A DNA stretch of 64,000 bases from a virus (IMGVR_UViG_3300033073_001109:1-64000), one strand, 5' to 3'; shown: positions 48,318 through 56,205, counted from the first letter of the stretch. A program made the numbers and translations. Notes: generated from the letters alone by a model not told the origin.

Positions 48318-49154
48318 ATGATCAAAAACATAGCCTATTTTCCTAATCAATGTGCATTGAATTCGGGACCGGTAATGACTGCATTAAAATTCAGTTTGGG
48401 GAGAGCCGGTGTGCGTATGATAGAAAATAGCATGGAATGTGATGCGGCAGTGATTTGGTCAGTGTTATGGTCTGGCCGTATGTCGGCCAACAGAGAGGTC
48501 TACCGACACTATAGAAATCAAAACAAACCAGTGATCATTGTTGAAATAGGTGCATTGCACAGAGGGAGAACTTGGAAAATATCAGTCAACAACGTTACAT
48601 CCAATGGTTACTATGGACATCTAACTGACCTTGATTGGGACCGTCCCAGTAAGTTGGGTATCAAACTCCTAAAACCCAGCGTCACACAACCCAACGTGTT
48701 GATCGCTTTGCAACATCACAAAAGCATGCAGGTAGATTCAATACCAGACATGACTGAATGGCTTCGTACCACTGTTCAGATCATTAAAAACAACACGGAT
48801 CGACCCATAACAGTGCGGCCACATCCTAGATCTCGAATAGAAATTCCAACCGGACTGACAATAGAAACTCCCAAGCCTGTGCCTGGAACCTATGACAGTT
48901 TTGACATGCATTTTAATTGTCATGCTGTGGTCAACTACAACTCGGGTCCTGGCATACAAGCAGCCATTGCTGGCGCTCGTCCTCTAGTGGATTTTTCTAG
49001 TCTGGCTTATCCGGTGAGCATTGGATTTCCTGATATTGAACAACCATACGATCGAGATCGTGATTTGTGGCTCACACAAATTTGCCACACAGAATATACA
49101 GTGGAAGAACTACAAATAGGTTTATGGCTAAAAAGAATAGAATTGGCGCTGTGA
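48318..49154 (+). CDS. KpsS/KpsC-like putative glycosyltransferase, paralogue D
   Basis: IVEIG, VLIALQ, ITVRPHP, VVNYNSGPGI.AAIAG, ICHTEYT.EE...G. Confidence 0.6.
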   Translation: MIKNIAYFPNQCALNSGPVMTALKFSLGRAGVRMIENSMECDAAVIWSVLWSGRMSANREVYRHYRNQNKPVIIVEIGALHRGRTWKISVNNVTSNGYYGHLTDLDWDRPSKLGIKLLKPSVTQPNVLIALQHHKSMQVDSIPDMTEWLRTTVQIIKNNTDRPITVRPHPRSRIEIPTGLTIETPKPVPGTYDSFDMHFNCHAVVNYNSGPGIQAAIAGARPLVDFSSLAYPVSIGFPDIEQPYDRDRDLWLTQICHTEYTVEELQIGLWLKRIELAL

Positions 49155-49858
49155 TAGATTGTGCTTGTGTAATACACAGCACACTTTACAGTTGGACGTA
49201 TGTTGAACGATTAACCAACATGATACAACGGCACATGCCCAAAGAAATACGAATGCATGTATACACTGAGCATGACCGAAGCGTACCACCACAGTATGTC
49301 AAACATTGTTTGGAAGACTGGAAAGGCATTGGCGGACCCAAGCGCAGTTGGTGGTACAAGATGCAATTGTTTAATACCAAATTTCATCAAGGACCATTGT
49401 TGTATTTTGATCTAGACTGTGTGATTAGAAAAGATTTATCATGGGTGCTAGATAGTTCGCCAGAACTGTTTTGGGCCATCAGAGATTTTAAATACCTTCA
49501 AAATTCTAGTGTACAAACCTTGAACAGCAGTGTAATGTGGTGGGACACCAGAGATTTTGCAGACATATGGGACAATTTTACAAAGTTAGATATCAATGAA
49601 ACTGTGAGAAAATTTCCTGGTGACCAAGATTATCTAACTCAGTGCATACCGTTTAATCGCAGAAGATTTTTTGAAGATAGACACTTTCAAAGTTATCGCT
49701 GGCAAGTAATGGATGGTGGATACGATTTTGCTAGACGCCGTCACAAGCAACCTGGGTCAGGTGCTAAAATTGCTGACGACACATCCGTGATTGTATTTCA
49801 TGGCAAACCCAAACCTGATCAAGTCAAAGATCCACTGATTCAGCAAGAATGGATTTAG
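49151..49858 (+). CDS. Glycosyltransferase (GT-A, GT8-like)
   Basis: WWYK.QLF, LYFDLD.VI, NSS.MWW, GDQDY, FHGKPKP; GTG start overlapping the upstream TGA. Confidence 0.8.
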   Translation: MIDCACVIHSTLYSWTYVERLTNMIQRHMPKEIRMHVYTEHDRSVPPQYVKHCLEDWKGIGGPKRSWWYKMQLFNTKFHQGPLLYFDLDCVIRKDLSWVLDSSPELFWAIRDFKYLQNSSVQTLNSSVMWWDTRDFADIWDNFTKLDINETVRKFPGDQDYLTQCIPFNRRRFFEDRHFQSYRWQVMDGGYDFARRRHKQPGSGAKIADDTSVIVFHGKPKPDQVKDPLIQQEWI

Positions 49859-50459
49859 TGTTCTGGCTTCTAACTTTGTTGTTGTAAAAATCTTCAACCA
49901 TAGACCATTTATACAGTGGAATGTAGTCTAAAAATAAATGTGTGCGAATACTGCGTCCACGGTTAGTACTGCCGTGCATGGTCATAACATTAAGCTCGTA
50001 CAACTGACCGGGTTCCATGTGTATTGATTCGCCATCAACTTGTGTAAAAGCATCTGGATTGGTTGCAATAGGCACAATAATTCTGTGAGCATGTTTTTGC
50101 CACCATGGTGCATCAATATGCAGATCTTGTTGACCGTTGGGTAGTAGACAAATATAATGGCCTTTGAACCAGCGTGTTTCGGGAAACACATCTTTTAAGT
50201 AGTCGGCTAACTCGTCTGCTAGGCTAACTAAATTTTGTGTATCAGGCCGGTACCTGAGTTCTTGGTTGTAGGTCCACTTCCAGTACGTCCAGGCCAGATT
50301 GTTGCGCAATACTTGTATCACGTAACTGTCTTTGTTGTTCTGGGGAAATATTGTATCGATCAGCGGATCTGAGTAGTCGTAACTCTCTACTGCCCGCACT
50401 AATCTTTTGAAAATTTCTGTGTTGGCAATGCTGTGAAGTTTGCGATTTTGTAGTTCCAT
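49824..50459 (-). CDS. 2OG-Fe(II) oxygenase, aspartyl/asparaginyl beta-hydroxylase-like
   Basis: L.PNG...LHID...RI.VPI.TNP...H.E.G..YELN...MHG..N.G...R.HL.LD. Confidence 0.75.
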   Translation of the reverse strand: MELQNRKLHSIANTEIFKRLVRAVESYDYSDPLIDTIFPQNNKDSYVIQVLRNNLAWTYWKWTYNQELRYRPDTQNLVSLADELADYLKDVFPETRWFKGHYICLLPNGQQDLHIDAPWWQKHAHRIIVPIATNPDAFTQVDGESIHMEPGQLYELNVMTMHGSTNRGRSIRTHLFLDYIPLYKWSMVEDFYNNKVRSQNTKSILAESVDL

Positions 50460-50478
50460 TGTAGTATTTAAGTATTAC

Positions 50479-50507
50479 TTGACCAATAATTGCCTTTTTG
50501 CTATAAT
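50479..50507 (+). promoter_or_regulatory. Sigma70 promoter
   Basis: TTGACC-N17-TATAAT with TGC. Confidence 0.85.
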
Positions 50508-50535
50508 TTGGTTATGTTCAGCAAAGGAGCGTGAC

Positions 50536-50766
50536 ATGGGTTATCGTGTAATTGGCCAGCGTGATGCAAAGTGGCAACCCCGCAAAGGTTTAGAAGGTCC
50601 GTTCTTTTATCCCAATGGGCAGGTACTGTACTATGATCCCAAAGCAGGACAGTACTGGGATCCAACCACGGATTTCTATGTGTCCAATGATGATGTTGCA
50701 GATTTGCAACAGGATTTTATGAAGTTTTTGGCCCAAGGAGGCCATCAACCCGCTGTTCAAAAGTAA
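50536..50766 (+). CDS. Small hypothetical early protein
   Basis: AAGGAG SD then ATG 50536 (MGYRVIG...GLEGPF..LYYDPKAGQYWDP). Confidence 0.7.
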   Translation: MGYRVIGQRDAKWQPRKGLEGPFFYPNGQVLYYDPKAGQYWDPTTDFYVSNDDVADLQQDFMKFLAQGGHQPAVQK

Positions 50767-50780
50767 TACTTTTGCTGTAC

Positions 50781-50809
50781 TTGCACAGAAATGGGCAATC
50801 TGCTATAAT
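50781..50809 (+). promoter_or_regulatory. Sigma70 promoter
   Basis: TTGCAC-N17-TATAAT with TGC. Confidence 0.8.
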
Positions 50810-50835
50810 AATGACATAGAAACAAGGAGGACTAT

Positions 50836-51081
50836 ATGTCAAATCAAACCAAGGCAGGCCTAATTACAGTAGGAATCTTGGGCATTGGTGCCCTGGCACT
50901 CACTGCAATGCAATGGATTGTGGAGTATTTTACTCGGGAAGAAATTGTTAATACTTTAGTATTGGGTATTTGTGTGTTCTTAGTCTGGAGCATGTACCAA
51001 CTGATTTTGACTCGTTTAGAATATGACGAGCGTTTAGAAAAGTTAAACGAAAGTATTAAGAAACCAGCGGTTGACCAATAA
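50836..51081 (+). CDS. Small membrane protein (2 predicted TM segments)
   Basis: AAGGAGG SD; two hydrophobic stretches. Confidence 0.7.
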   Translation: MSNQTKAGLITVGILGIGALALTAMQWIVEYFTREEIVNTLVLGICVFLVWSMYQLILTRLEYDERLEKLNESIKKPAVDQ

Positions 51082-51099
51082 TCCGCTATTTGCTATAAT
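51071..51099 (+). promoter_or_regulatory. Sigma70 promoter
   Basis: TTGACC-N17-TATAAT with TGC. Confidence 0.85.
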
Positions 51100-51139
51100 A
51101 ATGACATACTGTAACAACAACCACTCACAGGAGCCAACC

Positions 51140-52162
51140 ATGAGTACTATTCGCATCATCAACGGTAACTACCGCGGTATCAACATCCAGAACACTGAAT
51201 TTGAACTAGTGTCTGGTTTCCAAACTGGCGCCAAAGGTGCCTACGTCACTGTTAAAAACAGTGGAACTTTCCCCAAGTGCCCTGACACCATTCGTGTCAA
51301 GGTTGACAGCATCCGAGACATTGAGTATACTACAGGCATGACACAAGACAACACCGTTCACTTTGAAAAACCCGTGGCCCAAACTGAAACTGAAGAACAA
51401 GCCATGGATCGTATCCGTGAGCGTTTTGACATCTTGCATGAAATGTCAAAAGCCTGTGTCAGTGGCGACATTCGTGCTATGATCGTGTCAGGCCCGCCCG
51501 GCGTTGGTAAATCTTTTGGTGTGGAGCAAGAAATTGACAAAGCCTGTATGTTTGACAAGATTGCTGGCAAACGACTTCGCGCAGAAGTTGTCAAAGGCTC
51601 AGCAACCCCAATCGGTCTTTATCAGACGCTGTACAAATATTCTGACCCAAATTGTGTCGTGGTTTTCGATGACTGCGATTCAATTCTGTTGGACGATGTC
51701 GCCCTTAACTTACTCAAAGGCGCACTCGATTCAGGTAAGAAACGCAAAATTAGTTGGCTCGCCGACAGTCGCATCCTGCGCCAAGAAGGTATCCCGGACA
51801 GTTTTGAGTTTAAAGGCAGTGTTATCTTCATCACTAACCTTAAGTTCGATAAGATGAAGTCGCAAAAGTTGCGCGATCACTTGGATGCTCTCCAAAGCCG
51901 TTGTCACTATCTGGACCTTACTTTGGATACCATGCGTGACAAAATCCTGCGTATCAAGCAGATTGCCAAAGACGGTGTGTTGTTTGCAGACTATGACTTT
52001 GCTCCTGAAGTACAAGATGAGATTATTGAGTTTATGAATGACAATCAAAATCGCCTGCGTGAGATGAGCTTGCGTATGGCGCTGAAGATTGCTGACTTGC
52101 GTAAACTGTCGGTTCTCAACTGGAAGCGACTGGCTGAGACCACTTGCATGAAGGCAGCCTAA
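51140..52162 (+). CDS. P-loop (AAA+-like) ATPase
   Basis: GPPGVGKS Walker A; VVFDDCD Walker B; IFITN sensor; AL.SR; CAGGAG SD before ATG 51140. Confidence 0.8.
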   Translation: MSTIRIINGNYRGINIQNTEFELVSGFQTGAKGAYVTVKNSGTFPKCPDTIRVKVDSIRDIEYTTGMTQDNTVHFEKPVAQTETEEQAMDRIRERFDILHEMSKACVSGDIRAMIVSGPPGVGKSFGVEQEIDKACMFDKIAGKRLRAEVVKGSATPIGLYQTLYKYSDPNCVVVFDDCDSILLDDVALNLLKGALDSGKKRKISWLADSRILRQEGIPDSFEFKGSVIFITNLKFDKMKSQKLRDHLDALQSRCHYLDLTLDTMRDKILRIKQIAKDGVLFADYDFAPEVQDEIIEFMNDNQNRLREMSLRMALKIADLRKLSVLNWKRLAETTCMKAA

Positions 52163-52163
52163 C

Positions 52164-52256
52164 ATGGCTTGGTGGGGTGTGTTCTTTTTGTTCATAACAG
52201 GCCACCCCGGTTTTGCTATTATTTTGATGCTGTTGATTTTGGCATTTGGAGATTGA
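52164..52256 (+). CDS. 30-aa hydrophobic peptide (not in the ORF track)
   Basis: MAWWGVFFLFITGHPGFAIILMLLILAFGD*; starts 1 nt after the ATPase stop. Confidence 0.45.
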   Translation: MAWWGVFFLFITGHPGFAIILMLLILAFGD

Positions 52257-52257
52257 T

Positions 52258-52374
52258 ATGTACCAAATATGGGACGGAGATTTATATCTGTATTCTGTGG
52301 ATACAGATCACGAAGCAGATGAAGCTCGCGAAGCAGGATTTACAGTAAAATCTCAGGAGTATTACGGAGCATGA
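52258..52374 (+). CDS. 38-aa acidic peptide (not in the ORF track)
   Basis: MYQIWDGDLYLYSVDTDHEADEAREAGFTVKSQEYYGA*; ATGA-coupled to the next gene. Confidence 0.5.
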   Translation: MYQIWDGDLYLYSVDTDHEADEAREAGFTVKSQEYYGA

Positions 52375-52793
52375 AAATAGGATTGAGTTATAGTCGTTGC
52401 ATACGTGACCTTATTGAAGGTGCTGTGAACATTGATGACGTGCTGATTATTATTGCCCGCACAGACTTTGACCCTGACAACGACGAGCAATGGGCCGGCA
52501 TTTGGCGTGGATATCGCGGCCGTGGTGCGTTGGGCATGGCTCGTGAGTGGGGCGATTATGATGATAATCGAGAAGAGGAGTTCCGAGACATGACTCGGGC
52601 CTTGTTCCGCATGGGCAAGATCCATCAGCCTCGGCAGTTTGGTGCTCACCCATCGCGCCGCCCTGAGTATTGGCTAGAGGCTGTGTTGCCTCCTGAAGAA
52701 CTAGAACGCAATCCAGCCGCCAAGGATGCATGGGATCGATTTCAAGTTGTGGCCGGTTTGACTAATATCAAATTGGATCGCGAGTACAGTTAA
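52371..52793 (+). CDS. Hypothetical protein
   Basis: 140 aa, GGAG SD; MKIGLSYSRC.RD...RTDF...HQPR.FG. Confidence 0.7.
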   Translation: MKIGLSYSRCIRDLIEGAVNIDDVLIIIARTDFDPDNDEQWAGIWRGYRGRGALGMAREWGDYDDNREEEFRDMTRALFRMGKIHQPRQFGAHPSRRPEYWLEAVLPPEELERNPAAKDAWDRFQVVAGLTNIKLDREYS

Positions 52794-52838
52794 TAGGTTT
52801 TCCTTGAGCACTATCGGTTGGCTCCGGCTCAAGGCTTT

Positions 52839-52870
52839 ACAGGTGCCCCTAAAAAGGCACCTGTTTTTTT
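52839..52870 (+). terminator. Rho-independent terminator
   Basis: ACAGGTGCC-N8-GGCACCTGT followed by TTTTTT. Confidence 0.85.
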
Positions 52871-52897
52871 GACTTTTGTTAGCGGTAAGTATATACT
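52869..52897 (+). promoter_or_regulatory. Sigma70 promoter
   Basis: TTGACT-N17-TATACT; ATG 6 nt later. Confidence 0.7.
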
Positions 52898-52903
52898 GCT
52901 ATA

Positions 52904-53767
52904 ATGTTTAAATTCTTGCGAATAGTTCTTGGCCGTACAGGCGATCTACACATACGGTTCCGACTTAGAAATTCTGAAGTAACTGACCTGTGGTTACAAC
53001 GAATGTTGCAACGCACAGCCTGGCCCTTGGATCATCCAGATAGATTTTACGGATTTGGCACTCCAGTTGAAGAACGCAACCGTGCCGTGGTCATGATTGA
53101 ACAATGTATCAATACTATCAACGCACACGAGCCAATCATACATCGCAAGTTTGAATATACACAAGACTGTCTTAACTATTTGCACAATATATTTGAACGA
53201 TACCACGGATTGTTGGATCAACAAACATCACCTTATTGGAAGTCTGCACCAAACACAGTTCGCAAAGCTCTAGCCGAACTTAACTTGGCAGTACACAGAT
53301 GTGAAAGTGTGTCCAGTGGTAATCAACCGAGGTTTGTATGCACTTGGTACGGCATGCCCAAGACATATACGTTGGATCCTAAACTGCAATCTATATACGG
53401 AGACTGGCGTATCAAGTTTGGTACTGTATATCTTAACTATTGTGAAATAGGCAAAACTGTAGAAGACCTTACTCACGACAACGATAAGTACATTGGGGAC
53501 GATGCGTTTCGTCCATTTAGCCATTACAGTGCCGATTTCAATGTTGCATTTTATGAACGAGACCTAACTGAAATCTATGGCAAAGTTCAAAACTACATTG
53601 ATCAACATAGAGATTTTTTTCTTGCACACAACATACAAAGTGTGTATAATATCAAAGCACAACCTTTGAGACTGCCAGTTGCTGAACTTGAGTACAGCGG
53701 CAACAGGGAAGAGTTACTTTTTCAAATTGCACAACGTCAATGGGTGCATGAAGTTATATTAGAATGA
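52904..53767 (+). CDS. Hypothetical accessory protein (distant paralogue of 38435..39202)
   Basis: LNYLH...LN..VH..E...YLNY..IGK...LPVA. Confidence 0.65.
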   Translation: MFKFLRIVLGRTGDLHIRFRLRNSEVTDLWLQRMLQRTAWPLDHPDRFYGFGTPVEERNRAVVMIEQCINTINAHEPIIHRKFEYTQDCLNYLHNIFERYHGLLDQQTSPYWKSAPNTVRKALAELNLAVHRCESVSSGNQPRFVCTWYGMPKTYTLDPKLQSIYGDWRIKFGTVYLNYCEIGKTVEDLTHDNDKYIGDDAFRPFSHYSADFNVAFYERDLTEIYGKVQNYIDQHRDFFLAHNIQSVYNIKAQPLRLPVAELEYSGNREELLFQIAQRQWVHEVILE

Positions 53768-55230
53768 AAACTGCCACAATAATTGTTCGAGACGAAGTTA
53801 ACATCAAGATTGAAGGACTAGATCTTGACATGCGCCGCAGACTGGTTAGCCAGTTCAAGTATGATGTGCCTTATGCTAGATATCTACCAGCAGTAAGACT
53901 GGGCCGTTGGGATGGCAAGGTCAGTTACTTTCAATTGGGTGGCTCAACCTACACCAACTTGCTGCCTGAAATTTTGCCCACATTGGAGCAATGGGGCTGG
54001 GATGTTGAAGTAGATGATCAACGTAGCTACGGTGTAACATTTGATTTCATGCCCGTGGTTGAAGAACAATGGTCACACAAGGTGTGGCCCAAAGGACACC
54101 CAGCCGAAGGTGAACCTATTATGTTGCGTGACTATCAAGTAGAAATTGTCAACAACTTTTTACAGAATCCTCAGTGCATACAAGAAGTGGCCACAGGTGC
54201 AGGCAAAACAATTATGACTGCCACACTCAGTGCCGCAGTAGAATCTTATGGTAGGTCAATTGTGATTGTGCCCAACAAGAGTTTGGTTACACAAACAGAA
54301 AAAGACTATCGCAATGTTGGCTTAGATGTAGGTGTTTACTTTGGCGACCGTAAGGAAGTTGGCCACCAGCATACCATATGCACTTGGCAGAGTCTCAACG
54401 TGTTGTTAAAAAATACAAAATCTGGCACTGCCCAAACCACCATTGGTGAGTTTATTGAGGATGTTGTGTGTGTCATGGTAGACGAAGTACACATGGCCAA
54501 AGCAGACGCACTGAAAACCTTGCTTACAGGTGTTATGAGTCATATTCCTATTCGCTGGGGACTCACAGGCACCATACCCAAGGAAAAGTTTGAAAGCCAA
54601 GCTCTGTTGGTCAGTCTTGGCCCAGTGATTGGTAAACTCAGTGCCAATGAACTACAACAACAAGGCGTACTGGCTAACTGCCACGTCAACATTGTGCAAT
54701 TGGTAGATCATGTAGAGTACAAAGACTATCAAAGCGAGCTCAAATATTTGTTGGAAGAATCGGGCAGACTAGATACTATTGCCAAGCTCGTTCAACAAGT
54801 TAACGAAACCGGAAATACTTTGGTATTGGTTGATCGAGTAGCAGCCGGTCATGCATTGGTTGAACGGTTAGGCGAACGTGCTGTATTTGTGTCGGGTGCA
54901 ACCAAAGCAAAGGATAGACAAAGTGAATACGACGAAGTGGCAGAAAGCTCAGACAAAATTATTGTGGCTACATATGGTGTGGCCGCGGTTGGTATTAACA
55001 TTCCTCGTATTTTTAATTTGGTGTTGCTTGAACCTGGGAAGAGTTTTGTACGAGTTATCCAATCAATTGGTCGTGGTATCCGCAAGGCTGAGGACAAAGA
55101 TCATGTACAAATCTGGGACGTTACATCAACGTGCAAGTTTGCAAAACGGCACCTTACAAAGAGAAAAGCCTACTACAAAGAAGCCAACTATCCGTTTACA
55201 CAAGAACGATTAGATTGGATGATAATTTAA
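53764..55230 (+). CDS. uvsW: SF2 DNA helicase
   Basis: LRDYQ, ATGAGKT, VDEVH, GLTGT, VATYG...VGINIP, QSIGRG.R. Confidence 0.9.
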   Translation: MKTATIIVRDEVNIKIEGLDLDMRRRLVSQFKYDVPYARYLPAVRLGRWDGKVSYFQLGGSTYTNLLPEILPTLEQWGWDVEVDDQRSYGVTFDFMPVVEEQWSHKVWPKGHPAEGEPIMLRDYQVEIVNNFLQNPQCIQEVATGAGKTIMTATLSAAVESYGRSIVIVPNKSLVTQTEKDYRNVGLDVGVYFGDRKEVGHQHTICTWQSLNVLLKNTKSGTAQTTIGEFIEDVVCVMVDEVHMAKADALKTLLTGVMSHIPIRWGLTGTIPKEKFESQALLVSLGPVIGKLSANELQQQGVLANCHVNIVQLVDHVEYKDYQSELKYLLEESGRLDTIAKLVQQVNETGNTLVLVDRVAAGHALVERLGERAVFVSGATKAKDRQSEYDEVAESSDKIIVATYGVAAVGINIPRIFNLVLLEPGKSFVRVIQSIGRGIRKAEDKDHVQIWDVTSTCKFAKRHLTKRKAYYKEANYPFTQERLDWMII

Positions 55231-55352
55231 TGGGCAAACCATATTTAGAAGCACAAAATTTCTTGCCACCAAGTATTGTTGGCAATCATGTTTTTGTGGA
55301 AATAGGCAGTGATCGCGGAGTAATTATGAGAAGAGTTGACAACTCTTGTTAA
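55230..55352 (+). pseudogene. Probable truncated methyltransferase remnant (40 codons)
   Basis: TAATG-coupled to uvsW; ...HVFVEIGSDRG resembles a SAM-binding motif I, then the frame runs into a promoter and stops. Confidence 0.4.
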
Positions 55353-55364
55353 AACATGTACACT
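55331..55364 (+). promoter_or_regulatory. Sigma70-like promoter with a 17-bp palindrome over the -35 box
   Basis: AAGAGTTG-A-CAACTCTT; TTGACA-N17-TACACT. Confidence 0.55.
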
Positions 55365-55372
55365 TATACTAT

Positions 55373-55873
55373 ATGAAGATATTAACTCTTGACAATGTAC
55401 CTTACGACCTTGATCATTTGCCCGACGAAGTAGATGACATGCGGTTTGCAATTTTAGATAATTCTAATCCGTTAGATCCAGACTATCAATTTATTCCTTT
55501 GATCTTTCTTGAAAGTTTTACCAGCCCTGCATTGGTATTGCGAATCGGAAAAACCACTCTCAAAATGCCCATGGATTGGCAAATATTAATTGGTGAACCA
55601 GACATTGGCGACCTTGAAATGCTACCGCTGACATCTATAAATGATCGTGGATTCAAAGTATTTCAATTTAATCCGCTTTCAAGTTTTAGGCCCAGTTTCC
55701 CCGACATTGAAATTTTAGACGTGTATCACGAAGTCAACTGGTACGCACCCAAACTAAAGAACGGGCAAATACTGGCAGTTCCAATAGATGACGAAGAACA
55801 GCCAGACTGTGTATACTTTGTAAAGGATATCAGTCGCAACTGCGAAATTGTAGACTACAACAAGGCGTGGTAA
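55373..55873 (+). CDS. Hypothetical protein
   Basis: Likely start MKILTLDN at 55373; beta-rich, Pro/Asp-rich. Confidence 0.7.
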   Translation: MKILTLDNVPYDLDHLPDEVDDMRFAILDNSNPLDPDYQFIPLIFLESFTSPALVLRIGKTTLKMPMDWQILIGEPDIGDLEMLPLTSINDRGFKVFQFNPLSSFRPSFPDIEILDVYHEVNWYAPKLKNGQILAVPIDDEEQPDCVYFVKDISRNCEIVDYNKAW

Positions 55874-56205
55874 TGTTAAAATATTCTAATCATGACGTTG
55901 GTGGCGAAGTTGTCAAAGACAACGAAACATATTTTCTGAAAGACAATCGAACTCTGAAAAATCTTGTGCTGAGTTCTACCAAACTGTATCGAGGACAATC
56001 TACTCGTGGGCATAGCCATGCAGGACAAGAAGAAGTTTATTTCTTTGTACAAGGCACAGGCATGATGCTTGTAGACGAAGAAAAGTTTCGTGTTAACCCT
56101 GGTGATATTATTCTCGTCCCCGACGGTGCGTTTCACAGAGTAATCAACGACGGCGAAATGCATCTTGTGTTTAACTGTGTATTTGATGGAAAACGAAACC
56201 ACTGA
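55873..56205 (+). CDS. Cupin-domain protein
   Basis: GHSH...EEVY.FV.G.G.M.VD......GD..LVP.G.FHRV.N. Confidence 0.85.
   Translation: MLKYSNHDVGGEVVKDNETYFLKDNRTLKNLVLSSTKLYRGQSTRGHSHAGQEEVYFFVQGTGMMLVDEEKFRVNPGDIILVPDGAFHRVINDGEMHLVFNCVFDGKRNH

Noticed and set aside
50514-50534. Leaderless 6-codon ORF (MFSKGA) at the 50479 promoter
   Set aside because: Too short to support; it overlaps the AAGGAG SD of the 50536 gene and may be incidental
55373-55873. Possible degenerate Hint-like fold
   Set aside because: Only a vague beta-strand pattern; no N-terminal Cys/Ser or C-terminal His-Asn, so not supportable without a profile search
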